A DNA stretch of 63,641 nt, the filler included, from Choristocarpus tenellus KU-1152 (Eukaryota; Protista; Phaeophyceae): assembly GCA_964200185.2 (NCBI GenBank). It is 12 parts of 12 records of this genome, joined end to end, with 100 filler letters (N's around TTAATTAATTAA, not from the genome) between each part and the next. Parts side by side here need not be neighbours in the genome. Positions count along the whole stretch, not along the records: positions 46,362 to 50,152 come from CAXNAD020017902.1; positions 50,253 to 54,908 come from CAXNAD020013604.1; positions 55,009 to 60,439 come from CAXNAD020010796.1; positions 60,540 to 63,641 come from CAXNAD020022307.1; 8 more parts are not named here. The stretch is one strand, 5' to 3'. Of this stretch, positions 49,675-62,599 are shown piece by piece. The position numbers and the translations under genes were made by a program. Below the pieces are notes generated by a model. The model was not told the DNA's origin. It was given only the letters and a program-made list of their open reading frames with translations, and searched no databases. How positions within the stretch are numbered: the stretch's first letter is position 1; the number at the start of each line of letters is the position of its first letter.

Positions 49675-50257
49675 CGTCTCTGGGATTTCAAGAGACCTGA
49701 GCTTCCTCTTCTTTCCCGCAGCTGCAGTGACAGCAGAAACTGCCCCTGGAGTGGCAACCTCACTCAGAACACCCTCTCTCAACCCCAATGGGCCAGTGTC
49801 TTCCCTCCTGATGGCAGGGGTACTGGCGTCGGCAGCAACGCCCCTACCTCCGCCCCCACCCGCACCTAGACGTACTTCCCCGGCCCCTTTGGCCGGCCGG
49901 CCGTCAGATGGCGGCTCCGCTATCTTCCCCCCCCTCTTGTCCCAGGCCTCTCCCCAAGAAGCTCGTCACTCTACACAAGGCTGCTGGGGGTCCTACCCGT
50001 TGTTCCCTGTTCCAGGCAGTCAAGATCTCCTTATTTCCTCCTCTTCCTTCCCCTGCCCCCCCCCCGGCTTCTCCACTTACAATTAAGCTTGCTGCGATGG
50101 GAGAATAGAGAAAAGGAAAAGAGGGAACAATAGACGGCCATATATGGCATGGNNNNNNNNNNNNNNNNNNNNNNNNNNNNNNNNNNNNNNNNNNNNTTAA
50201 TTAATTAANNNNNNNNNNNNNNNNNNNNNNNNNNNNNNNNNNNNNNNNNNNNATCTT

Positions 50258-50435
50258 GACCCAAAGTATCTGGGAGGGGGGGGGGTCTACACCAGGGTGT
50301 CCATTTAGGTCAAAATCAGGAAAAGTGTATTTACAGTATCCATCCGACGTATGCAACAAAATCACCCAAAAATCGCGACATTAAAAAATTGCCCCCAAAT
50401 GGACAGCTGCCACCCCCTCCCAGACACTTTGAGCC
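50258..50435 (-). mobile_element. MITE family B copy
   Basis: 3-bp TSD CTT. Confidence 0.92.
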
Positions 50436-52087
50436 CTTCTTTCGAATAAGTAAGCCATCATGATAGACGTCCAAAGGCATGCGCTTGTTTCATCTCTTTT
50501 CAGTACTCTTCTCTGAAGTATGCATGAGGTTGTATTGTGAAGAACATGATCGAATTATTTACCCGATGAATTTCCTTCTTTTTTTTGTCAACAACGAGAA
50601 TAGTAAGAATGGTTGCATTCATTAAGGCATCAACTTAATAATGGTAATCCAATAATGGTGTGTTGACCTCAGTAACTTAACTTGAATAAAAATATAAAAA
50701 CTGTAAGTAGATAACAATAACGCCTCTTGAAGGCTGTCTTCTTCTGTCTTTTACGTCTATTTGATCTATCTGCTCACAATTACTGGCTTCTTGATATTGT
50801 ATGTATGTCTGTCTGTCTGCACCCTCGGTGTTGTTGTGGTTGCACCTTGGTCCATCCAATCATCAAATCCTGAAGTGAACAGAAGTTGAGCATTATAAAA
50901 CTACTACTACTACTACTACTACTTCTACTATAATCTCTGTAATGTGTATATGTGCCTTATGCCGACCTCTACCATACTGCATTGTACTAGAGCCCAAACG
51001 AATAACTCTGTATCTCCTCCATGTATGTAGGTCCAATGGTACAATACTAAAATATACAATAATCGCTGCCCCTACGCCTTGTTGTCAGCAAGTGAGATGT
51101 TCCCTGTTCCCACCCTTCTCCATAATTTGTGCGCATGGCGAACAGTAGAGCCTGTAGTTGCTATATTAGCTGAGCATGGAAGGGCGAGAAGACAGAGTGT
51201 TCTTGGCCCAGTGAAGTGAGCCACAAGTCATCAACTCTTTATAGTAGTGAGCTAATATAAATATTATAAAAGTACCCAGCAAATGAAAGGCATCGAATAC
51301 TCGCAAAAAAATAATGGACTCCGATGTGTTTTTTAGTGACAGAGTTGTAGTAATGGGGATGATTTGATAGTAGAATGAACAGGTAATAATCTCAAGTGAT
51401 TTCGATGGTGTAAGAAGGGCAGGATGATGGTGGTGATGGTGCAAAGAAGTGGCTGAAGAGAGATAGGAGAAAGGTGGTAGTAGGACGTAGTAGGGTATTC
51501 TCAGGATGCTTACAATAGAAATCAAGTGTGATGCGTGGTGAATGCAACTGTGAAAAAATAAAATATAGGTACTACTACTTGTTTTTTTTTGCATAATCAT
51601 GTGACACACCGGTGCTCAGAAAAGAGGCTCATTTATTTTTTGTGATAGAGATTAGTTTGTTCATACCTGCTGTACTACTGGTGATATGCTTTCCTCCTTC
51701 CAGTAGGTGGTGAAAACGAACCTAAAGGGGCAGTGGCATGTGAGTAATCCAGTTGTTGAGCCCATGACAGTGGGTGCTGTAAATCATACAGTGTATGTGG
51801 GTATTTGTATCCCAGTCAGTCCATCAAAAGCAAGACCCAACCCTGCTACAACAATTAATCCTCCATACACAGCATGCACTACACACAGCGGAACTCCTGA
51901 TCACCTTTGAGTAGTAATGAATGCTCTACAGCAGCATGAAGCAAAGGAAATGAGTCACTTAATGGAAGAATGAAGTAGGGCCTCAAAACAGGCACGGCTG
52001 GAAAAATCTTGTTCCGCCCAAGTTCATAAATGCATCATCCTCAGGCAGAATGTGCTTGTCATAGCTACAACTGCAGGACATTTTTCG

Positions 52088-54810
52088 CTAACACGAACCA
52101 GCGGACATCATCAATCCATGCTCCTGGATAGTCCTTTCCATATCTGCAATACGGGCTTGGAGGTCCATGTTCTCCTTCCTCAAAAGGATGATCTCCTTGG
52201 ATCTCTCATCCATGTGCACCACCATCTGGTTCTTGACCTGCCGTTAGACACATGAAAGATCTGTGGGATTCAACAGGGGCTGTTTTGCTAGGAAACAGAC
52301 TCAAGAGGCATCGGGAGCAGGACCCAACTCGGTAAATTGGGGCGGTACTGTGACCTCCTGTTTCTGCGTTCCATGTTTTCTGTGCTTTGCCTTGTGATCG
52401 GATTGATCACTCACCGGGCATGGAGAAATTTATTGGGGTTACTTGAGAGAAGTGGAGGGTAAGCACAAGGATAAGGAAAAAGAAAAATTCTGGACGAACC
52501 TTTTTCAGTCGTTCAGCAAAGCGTAGTGTCCCCACTGTCTCAGCCTCAAATGCACTGGCAGGGCTTATGTTACAGCAAACAACGGTGTAGGCACTGCCCC
52601 CAAGTGAGTCCTATTATTGAAAAGAACGGACATTGAGTGAGGCAAGGGCGAGAAGGCAGGATGAGTGCAATGCTCAGTCTGGGGAGTCAGGATGTCTGCA
52701 ACGGCGGATTTCCAAGGGGTTGTGGAGTACCAATAAACTTTGGAACTCAAGCAAAAACAATTAACCTTGGAATATGAGATCTTCAGCATGCTTACTCTAA
52801 GTGTAAGTCCCACTGAATGCTGATTTAAAATTCAGAGCTTTTTTGAATAGTCTCACTGTTCTATCCCAGAAATTGTAGGATCTCCAGCAGGTTCCCCTCC
52901 CCTCCACAACAATCAACTAACTTGTCTACAAACCTGCTTCTCGCCTAATCAAACAAAGCCCTGTATACTCAGTCCAGAAGAGTCACAATAACAACTCTTT
53001 TGATAGGGTGCTCGGGTTGCGTGCTGCTGTGCTAAGAAAAGAACTGTTTTGTTCAGATTAATACATGCGACAACGAGTGAAAGTATCATAGGGTTAGGGT
53101 ACGATTTTTGCCCTGTTTGTCCATTTGGGGCTTGGCTTCCCTCGGGGGTTTTATGACATTTTCCTACTCCAAAATATTTCGGAGTAGGTAAAAAGTATAC
53201 TTTATGAAAGGTTGTGTCCCCAGAAAATGGATATTTACACTTCCTAACTGACATGATATCCAAAATTACATCAAAATCGCATCATTGGATTTTGACTCCC
53301 AAATAGACGCGGCTCTACCCTCCAAGATACTTTGGCTCAAAATTCGATTGGAGTGCACAGTCACCCAAGGAAGGAAGGCAGGGCAGAGTTTATCTATGTG
53401 TAGTTCCATGGCCTCATGGCAAGTGGTTCAAGAGCCTGACATGCACAAACCCGAGAGGCAGCTCCAGACATACATATCTGTGACAGATCTAGAGTTACCC
53501 AGAAAGGAGAAGTAGAACCATAGTAATAGCTACCCGGAACTTGCCAGTCTAGAACCGGGCTTATAAAGATCCCCAAGTAGTCCAGTCAGGTCACTGCCCT
53601 CGTGCTACAAACAATTTCATACTAACCTCCACCACATGCTCAAGCATAGATTCAGGCTTAAAGTAAGATGGTCAGCTGAGAATTTTTCCAGGCAGATTGA
53701 AATTCCTGTGGTGCAGCTGAACAGAACCAAACGCACTTCTTACGGTGTGTGTGTGTGTGTGTGTACAATGTAGTCAACCACATGTATACTATAGCACACC
53801 TTAAATGTATTGCTCCAGAAGGGACTTTGATTGCATGCATATAGGCACCTTGCGAGCCCATACCGTTCTAGATATTGTCTCGCCTATACAGTGACCATCA
53901 TGTGCAGACACACCTGAAGAAGGCGTGTTAACTTGCTGTCTCGGTAAGGCACATGCCCCCCCCCGCTTGAAGTGAGGGCCTTGATGACGTTTCCAAGGGC
54001 ACTCAGGCTCTTGTTGATATTGGCCCCCTCCTGGGTGACAACAGTTGGGTTGTAGTGAAAGACAGACGAAGTCAAGCAAATTTTCCCTGACAGGGTTCAA
54101 GAGTCATCGTGAACATAAGAGTGAAAGTATCTTAGAGGGCACGAGTTTTTCCTTTTTTGTCTATTTGGGGGTTGGCTCCCCAACAGGTTTTTAATTACAT
54201 TTTACCTACTCCAAAATGTTTTGGCGTAGGTAAAATGTATACGTTATGATAAGGTGTGTCTGGAACAAGGATATTGACATCTCCCAATAAACACGATAGA
54301 CAAAATTACATCTAAAGTGCAACATTGGATTTTGGCCCCCATATGGACGCGACTTTACCCTCTAAGATCATTTGCCTCTAAGCACCGCTCCTAAGGAGCC
54401 ACAACATAGACCCCCGGAACAATGCACCCTGAGGAATCTTATGCCTAATGTTATGCTTGGACACGCCGACGCAATACAAAGTAAGTCTAAGATCATTTGG
54501 TCCTTACAACTACGACTGAAACGTTATTTGTACCCAAGACTCTGCAAGGTCTTCCTCTGACTATTTCACTCCAATAGATAACTCAGATGACCTCATGTGG
54601 TGAGCCTACTTCAAATCTTGAAAAGTCTTTAGGATCCCTCACTTTGAGTCTGTCACCCTCTGCCCCAGTCGACTTGGCGCGCTCAGAGCCTGCAAGATCG
54701 ATGAGTGAGATCTTGGACTGCACAGCCATAATGCCCCCTTCGTCACCAATATCTCTCTGCTTGATGTTGAGAGTTAAGATCGCATGTGACCGACTTGACG
54801 TTGCATTCAT
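52088..54810 (-). CDS. Kinesin motor protein, 3' exons (kinesin-3-like switch region)
   Basis: Exons 54810-54643 (NATSSRSHA...[19 protein letters not shown]), 54030-53914 (EGANINKSL...[14 protein letters not shown]), 52610-52500 (DSLGGSAYT...[10 protein letters not shown]), 52237-52088 (VKNQ...AGSC*); all phase-0 GT-AG. Confidence 0.93.
53075..53338 (-). mobile_element. MITE family A copy in a kinesin intron
   Basis: TIRs present; one TIR reads ATCATAGGGTTAGGGTAC. Confidence 0.9.
54119..54378 (-). mobile_element. MITE family A copy in a kinesin intron
   Basis: 3-bp TSD TAA. Confidence 0.92.
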
Positions 54811-55089
54811 CTGTTGACTCCGGCAGCAGGGAAAATAAGATAGGGGTGTAAGTTTATTTCAGTTACTGCATAATTGGCAAACACAAAGACCCAAAGTACC
54901 TGGGGGGGNNNNNNNNNNNNNNNNNNNNNNNNNNNNNNNNNNNNNNNNNNNNTTAATTAATTAANNNNNNNNNNNNNNNNNNNNNNNNNNNNNNNNNNNN
55001 NNNNNNNNCAATGCATATTCTACTTTATAAGAGAGATAGATGCTTGCTGTTGGTGATGCAAATACAAGAATGTTGAGGTCCCTCCCAAA

Positions 55090-55269
55090 GACCCAAAATA
55101 TCTGGGGGGTGGGGGGGGTCTACACGAGGGTGTCCATTTGGATCAAAATCGGGAAAAGTGCATTTGCATTATCCATCCGACGTATGGCAACCAAATCACC
55201 CAAAAATCACGATATGAAAAAATTGACCCCAAATGGACAGCCAATCCCCCCTCCCAGATACTTTGAGCC
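55090..55269 (-). mobile_element. MITE family B copy
   Basis: 3-bp TSD AAA. Confidence 0.92.
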
Positions 55270-55283
55270 AAATCAAGTACCAC

Positions 55284-56768
55284 CTGCTGAGTTTAAATTT
55301 CAGGGTAAAAAATGGAATGTTTCCTGCTTCTTCATGGGTTTGGTTGATTGAGTTAATGCAAGAAGTGAGACGGCCACGATATTCCGTCTCATTCCATTCG
55401 GTCAATATGGTTAACTCAGGCGGAACCTGCTGACTCCAATAGTCAGTAGTGTCAAATTGATATATATCCAACCTGAAAAGGCATTGTTGTCACTCAATGC
55501 CACACACAAATATCCACTGTATATATTGCATCAACACTGATCTGGGAGCTCAGCATAGATCCAAGTCTATTCGACACGATTACTCAACTATTCTCAACTG
55601 GAATCAGAGTAAACGAGAAGTACTCGTAGTTGCATTTAAAGAATGCTGACAAAAATGTGCAAAGTTTGTTCACTTTTACAAAGGCATGTTGAAATTTTTC
55701 GGAATTTTGTGGAATAAAGTTTCAAGCAAAAGAGAAATCAACAGTCTCAAGTCCAACTTAGCCCTTCAACCATAGATATATGGGTGAATCGCAAAAGATT
55801 GATAAAACTGTCTTGAAATGCAAAACGAACGAAACTTGGGAACCTCTCGTTTTCTTTGGGTCATGCACATTTGGGTGGGTGCACGAATACAATTATATCA
55901 GAAACGTTAATGGCATCCTTCCTACGTAGGGTTAAGCATGTATGGTAGGGTGATGGGGCATACGGTGGAGACTGAGATACATTATGATATAACCTGAGAC
56001 TTGCTCACAGATCAATGAGACGAACTTTACACTATTGACACCAAGATTCACACTATCAACCCTCCACACAAGCATCAGAAACGGTAAAAGCAGAACCAAC
56101 TGTGTCATCCAAATCCCCATTCCACGTGATATTTGCCCTCTCCCACTTTATACCCTAACTCTATTATCTCTCTGTGAAGCATTATAATATACAAACATGT
56201 ACATATATACATATTGAGGGGAAAGCTTATTCTCTTGTACTGTGCTATATGCAATGCATACGTGCACACATAAAGAAAATACACCTCCCTTTCTCAACCA
56301 AATCCACCCCCCCTACTTACCTTTTCCGTATGTATGTATGTATGCATGTTTCTCTTCGCATATTCAAAACATCTGTTACCACCCCCTACCCCCTTTCAGC
56401 CGGGAAGGACAACGAAAAATACCACTCCTTTGCTCTTTTTCACCGATATGTTTACAAAAAAAGTAGAGCTGACCAGCCATAACAACATTTTTTTCCCTAA
56501 CCAGGCAACCCTACATATTTTTGTTATTTTGGACTTCTTCGAAATGTCTATCAGGGTCAGGGTTGCACTTTGCCCTCCAGCAATAGAGTCTTTATTGTAG
56601 TAAGGAACACCTCAATATGATTGATCATCACCGCGTTCCTCTCCTGCTCGAGGAGGAACATGCAGGGTGTGTATGTCACTAATACTTGACCTGGGTCATG
56701 GCAGCTCTGTTTCATGCGCCACGTCAAGACGACTACCAACTGGTTTGGGAGAACGTTCGAAGCTTGAT
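55284..56768 (-). CDS. Putative exons of an unidentified gene
   Basis: AG/GT-bounded open segments at ~56768-56611 (QASNVLPNQLVVVLTWRMKQ...) and ~55472-55284 (LDIYQFDTTDYWSQQVPPELT...); phases not reconciled; no family recognised. Confidence 0.3.
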
Positions 56769-56906
56769 CTAAAGGGCTGGGATCAGGTTATACTTGTCGG
56801 GAAATACAGAGCACCAAATGAAGGGGAGGGAATACCAGGACAAAGAGGACGCCAAGTGCATAGGGTGTGTGGTGAATTTAAGATGAAATGTGTGGGGGAC
56901 ACAGGG

Positions 56907-57138
56907 GGCTGACGATAGAGTATCCTTATTTATTGCCCACAATATTGATGATTTTGATTCATTTTGTCCATCGTAAAATCCTTTACTCCGGACACACCTT
57001 TCATAGTTGTATACAGTTTAGGCAACTGCGTTCACACATAAAACCGAAAAATGGCATATAAAAAACCCGTGGGAAGCCAAGCCCCGAACGGACAAACAGG
57101 GCAAAACTCCTACCCTCTTCAATGCTTTTGGTCAGCCC
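56907..57138 (+). mobile_element. Divergent MITE-A-related subfamily copy
   Basis: CCGGACACACCTTT...GGGAAGCCAAGCCCCGAACGGACAAACAGGGCAAAACTC; termini GGGCTGAC/GTCAGCCC. Confidence 0.65.
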
Positions 57139-57352
57139 CTTCTGCCATAACCTCCTGTCCCTCTCCCCCCTACTGCATGTGTAGCCAACTTATACAGAAA
57201 CCTTTCTGCTTGCTTTCCAAGGAGCCCAAAACGTTCCACCAGCAAGATGTTGAGGATAAAACTACGAGGGTATTAAAAAAAAATGCAGTGGGCGCGCGTT
57301 TGCACCTCGGCTGCAGTAGCAGCTACATCATCGCTGGTGGATGAGTGGATTA

Positions 57353-57530
57353 GACCCAGAGCATCTGGGGGGAGAGGGAGGTCTACACCAGGGTATCCAT
57401 TTGGACCAAAATCAGGAAAAGTACATTTACATTATCCATCCGACGTGTGCAACCAAATCAAGCAAAAATCGCGACATGAAAAATTGACCGCAAATGGACA
57501 GCCGCCACCCCCCCTCCGATACTTTGAGCC
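57353..57530 (-). mobile_element. MITE family B copy
   Basis: 3-bp TSD TTA. Confidence 0.92.
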
Positions 57531-59165
57531 TTAGGTGGGAGGCTGCTTGTGTTGGTGATAGGTGCTGAAAAACACATGAACACCACTGGTGGAGCTGTAA
57601 ATGCAGTTTGGAGTACCTAACCAGACATGTAAACAGCAATCCACTAGTGGTATTGAATATACCGTAGAATGTTGTAGATATGTTTTGTTTTCCCATTTGT
57701 ATAATCATATTCTGAGTTGTAATAGTACATTCACAAGAGTAAGTGGATAAATACGTACACAAGGACTGGTTGGTTAGGCAATGCCTCACCCTTGTCTTTG
57801 TAGCCATGTCTTTGTGTAGTTCAATCCTAGTGTAGAGACCAAACATCGATGCCTTTCTGCACACTCCTAATCTAATTAATATAGCACCAAAGGAAACATA
57901 CTCGTGTGATGCATCATCTTCACGCAGGGAATATAGAACAGCAGGCACTTCTGAAAACGCAACATCGAGGAGGAGGCCTTTGTCCTGGTAGGGAGCTGAT
58001 CCAGCATCCGCTAGCGCCCCAGAATGGGAGAACCACATCCATGCAGGAATGCCAGCCCACTGTGAATGGGCTACCATCTCCCGTAGTACAAGGGGTGTCA
58101 TTCCCTTGCAGAGTTGACCTAGACACTTAACCATCAGCGTGGGCTGGTGTACCTGAACCCCTGCTCTAGGCCGGGTACGAACATGTTGGGTGTCGACATT
58201 ATGCCTCCAAAACCTAGCCCCTGGGAACCTATTAGATAGGGGTTCCTCTTTCCCTAGAAATCTGCTGTCAGTGAGTCTAAACTCTATGGGAGGGATCTGG
58301 CATGCTGGTTCCAGGGGTCGTGTGGAGGCCTGTGAACGTGCTCCTTGTCCAGACCCGACTCCGGCGGCCGGCCAGGGCTAGCAAAAATCTTTCTTTCCCT
58401 TGTTCTCCATAATCTTGTAGGTTGGCCAATTGTTTCGAGGAAGAGTCGAACCAGATCTTGTTCAGGAGGCGGGTGATCTCATGTTATGCCTCCTTGTAAT
58501 CCTGGTGTCATGGGCTGCTAGAGTGTGGGACCTATGGGACAGGGGTAGGGGTTGTTGTTCCCCTCAGGCTACCCAGCCTTGGTCAATAATTCCCACCAAA
58601 TCTTCTGAAGGGATTCCTATTTGAGAGGAGTTTGTGGATGTATGATCCCAGGACCCGAACTATGAGGATCATACAGAGATGGCTTGTGATAAAGACTCTC
58701 CATGAGGATCTTGTTGCCCTGTTAGAAGGGTGGGGAAAATGACAACCAGCAATCGTACAAAGGCTGTATACTGGGGATGTTTTATTAAGAATGGACCCAA
58801 CCCCCCTGGAATTGTGGACATACGTGCCTGTACCTGTTGGTATGTTTCCAGGCGAAGAGACCCATTTTCACATACCCCATCGAAGAAGTCAAGTGGCTCC
58901 AGCTAAGTCTGCTACCTTCATTCTCTTCTCTAGCGTCCACAGTGAGGTGTGTTGTCTTCTTATTCCATGGTGGAGTGTGCCAGGTGGGGGGGAATGACCC
59001 TTACCAAATAACCTAGCTAGGCGAGAAGAGNNNNNNNNNNTGTGTGTATGTATGTGTGTGTTTGTTTGTTTTTTTGTTCATTTTTTTCTGATGGTTCTTA
59101 TTACGTGCCAGGTGGGGGGGAATGACCCTTACCAAATAACCTAGCTAGGCGAGAAGAGAGGTTCC

Positions 59166-59909
59166 TTTTGAAACCTGAATCGAATGCACTGTATATTTAA
59201 GCAAAATGCGTAGACCACGAGCAATGAGGAATCATGGTGTTGTAAAGCACCAATGAGTGATATGCGTAGTCTATGTTATGGATAGGTGTGATTGTGCTGC
59301 AAAGCGCCGATGTGTTTATTCTGTTGTAACTGAGGTCATTGATCTCTCAGTCAATAATGATGCGATGTGAATTCAGTATTCTTGGTTGCTCAATCCAAAG
59401 TGATGTGATGTGAATTCAGTGTTCTTTCATGAGATACTCAACGAAAGTTCCATGCTCTGTGGAGAGGCTTGTTTGTTCCTTGGCTGGCAAGGGTTTCCGC
59501 GGATGGTTTTAACTCTGATTATATTACATTCATTTGTATGTTTGGTAGGCAGTTCGCAGAGTGGCGTTGATGCAATTTGAGGGATCAATGGCAGTCACGA
59601 AAGAAATAATAATCAACCATCAATGTACAACTGTCATCTTCTGCTGGTAAGAAGAAAGAGTGAAAGAAAAACAAACAAGAGAACAAGAGAACAAAATTGA
59701 ACCAATATGTGATGCAACTCAAGTGACGTATACTATACTATACTATTTGTGCGGAGCGAGTGTTCTGTACTAAGGTGTTCTGATTCTAGTTGAGTGATGG
59801 ATGAACTAGTGAAAGTAACGTCCACATTTTAACAGACAAATCAACAGTCAGTGTTGACTGGTGGAACTGTATCGTATCAAGGAACAGATGAGTAGACTAT
59901 GTTTGAACA
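59166..59909 (+). mobile_element. Solo LTR (family L1) nested in the LINE
   Basis: TTTTGAAACC...GAGTAGACTATGTTTGAACA; TSD GTTCC/GTTCT. Confidence 0.8.
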
Positions 59910-60351
59910 GTTCTAGGAGTTGAGAAGCCAGGCAACGTGTTTATCCTCCATCTCACTCAGGTGCATGGCCAGCATTCGAGATCAGGACCTCTCGATCACA
60001 CCAGTCATGTGGGCTTGAATTAGTTCATCTGTCCTCACTGGAGCCCCTACTGTAACAATACTTTTCGGTCTGGGACCAAATTGATTCCCGCTGTGGCTAG
60101 GAGTTCCAGTTCTTAGGGCTTGGACTGGTGGCCCTTAGGAGGTGCAGCAAAGGTCATACCCATATTGAGGACGGTGCCTTCCTTGAGTAGATCTGTTTTC
60201 AGCTGTGCTCGGAAGCAGCTATAGTAGTACAGTGTATCTCCCTTGCAGAAACAGATGTCCCATCCATATATCCTCAGAAGGAGACCCCCTAGGGTCCAAA
60301 GAAGATGGACTGGAGCCGTGCAGAGCTTCAGGAGTTGCCGTGTAGTATGGG

Positions 60352-60439
60352 GCTCAAAGTATCTGGGGGGGGGGGGTGTCCATTCCGGGTCCATTTGACC
60401 ATATCGCGTTCCTCGGATAAGTTGCTTGTATGAGGGGGG
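60352..60439 (+). mobile_element. MITE-B-type terminus with a different interior, cut by linker (similar ends at 46236, 46362-46385, 54888, 63542)
   Basis: GGCTCAAAGTATCTGGGGG. Confidence 0.75.
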
Positions 60440-61586
60440 NNNNNNNNNNNNNNNNNNNNNNNNNNNNNNNNNNNNNNNNNNNNTTAATTAATTAANNNNN
60501 NNNNNNNNNNNNNNNNNNNNNNNNNNNNNNNNNNNNNNNGCAAAACAACCATTCTCATAGTCAAGCTCCATTCTCAATTTTGAGGATCCCCTGTTACATG
60601 CCTGCCTGATAAGTACTTACTAAAGTTACAATGTGACGCCGTGAGACAATCTCACTCGTTGTGTATTATCATTGCATGTATATGATATCATAGGGAGGAC
60701 AGGTGGCGGTATACAAAGAGTAGAAACCTCTCCCCTCTCTGCATAGTCGTTACATATCATTTTTTAACCTCTCGATAGGTGTAGCGAGTGTACGAACCCA
60801 TGCATGGATCAACTATGGGTGCAAGTACAATTGTGATCACTGTAGTCGTTGGTGTGGTGGCACTGTGAGAGGAATATATAAAGATTATTGGACTTTGCTT
60901 CTATTGACATACAAAGGTTCCCCACCCATCCATATGTAGTTGGTGGCAATCTTGACCACCCACTAGATTTAGTTCCATGCTATCACTCACCAACTGCTGC
61001 AGCAGCCGTAGTATAGTCCAAAAATGTGTAAATGTAGAATAACATGTCTACAACAAGCAGGTGACAGGGAATCTCCTGAATGTGAAGTAAATCCACAAGA
61101 TGCCCCAGATTCAACCATCCGGTATTAACCTAACCCTCCATGACCAACATATGCACTACACTTACCACTGAAATTATCATGATACCACTAATATAGAAAC
61201 AACAATTTGGTGTGCTGAGGAGTAAGTGTTCCGTGATGTATTCTTGCCAGTGAATGAGGATTTTTGAAGAATTTGACCAGTAGGGAAAAAGATGATCATG
61301 GCATCTTTGTAGCAAGGAACACAAGACATCTCTTCCCCACAACATCTACTAGAGATTAGATTCTTGGAGAACAGAGGAACATTGGACAAGGGGCATTTAC
61401 AAAGGTGTTACCTGGTACACATGTACCAAATGTGGCGCTTTTCATGAGGTTCAACTGAAGTCGCCTGATGGCTACACCTCACTATCCCAGTATCTTCCCA
61501 GTGTTGCAGGAGGGAGCACAGCCTCAAACGTAAATCAAAGAAAATATAGTCGTATTATTTGTGGTTGCTGGCTCATTTGGTCCACA

Positions 61587-61757
61587 TCACAACTTGGAGG
61601 AAGCTGGAGGAAGGGGTCTCTGCGGTAGAAGCTTGAGCATAGTGGAGGCACTGCTCAGTGTGAGCATTGTGTTCGACCTGTCCATATCGTGTCCTCCCTC
61701 AACCATACCCCAGCGATCCACATTGTACTCCTCCTCCAAGCGAGCAGCATCAAACGC
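61587..61757 (-). CDS. ATP12: Mitochondrial F1-ATPase assembly chaperone ATP12/ATPAF2, terminal exon
   Basis: AFDAARLEEEYNVDRWGMVEGGHDMD...LSSA matches the ATP12 C-terminal signature; AG acceptor at 61759-61758. Confidence 0.88.
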   Translation of the reverse strand, partial: AFDAARLEEEYNVDRWGMVEGGHDMDRSNTMLTLSSASTMLKLLPQRPLPPASSKL

Positions 61758-62599
61758 CTGGTGTAAATGGGTCAACACGGAACCAGGGGAATGGCCGGGG
61801 AGAGAGGAAGAGTGGGAAAGAGGAGCAAGAAGCAGCAGGTGTCTGGCAGAGATTCATGAGAAGATCAACATGTTATTATCACAGTATGATTCAGGGCACA
61901 CAAAGCCAAGGATGAAGACATCTTTCTGGCTCAGTGTGACACACAAAAATTGATTCTGTTGGACTTTATGTTCCTTGTTGTACCATGTCCTATACGCTTC
62001 ACACTCCATGGAGTAATTAATAATGTACAGTGCCAATCACGATATTAGGAGGCACATACTCTTACCATGGCACACATATGCTAAAGGTATAATTCCAAAC
62101 ACCGTTTAATGCAACAGCACTGTGCTGCAAACTGGTAAGGACCAGTGAGTGAATACCATAACCAATAACCTATACTTGAACCCATGCTCATATTAAGCCA
62201 TTGTACACCTCAGGGGTACTCTCTAGTAGATATGTACTGCATAGAGAGGGTCAAAGCAGCTCGATCTAGTGTAAGTATTGCATAATATAATAGAAGCTGC
62301 GGGGAAGTTTGGTCTGACTTTCAATCAACTATATACTACATGCTTCCACTGTTCGGAATTAAATCTAACATAACTTTCACAGCCTCGATGAAGAAGCAAG
62401 ATCTCTTCTCACATGTTCACATTTATGGGTCTATTGTGCAGACACTAGATCTCAAGCAAGCAAAATGGAGCAGCCTACGCCTATCGATGATTACAACCCC
62501 AAAGCCCTCCAAAACTCCATCCCAGCACAGTGTTCCACTGCATCCACCAGGGCATTCAGGGGGAGCTTACCCGCCTTCTCAGCCTTTCCTTCCAAAGAT

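Larger units (their letters stand above)
57139..60350 (-). mobile_element. Second decayed CRE-like non-LTR retrotransposon copy
   Basis: Colinear with 33335-36150 (e.g. GGAGGAGGCCTTTGTCC.GGTAGGGAGCTGATCCAGCATCCGC). Confidence 0.75.

Noticed and set aside
49607-50086. 159-aa Pro-rich plus-strand ORF
   Set aside because: Antisense to CK1 exon 1 and its GC-rich leader; no independent support
58976-59157. ~55-bp direct duplication around a 10-N gap
   Set aside because: Likely unmerged contig overlap at a scaffold gap
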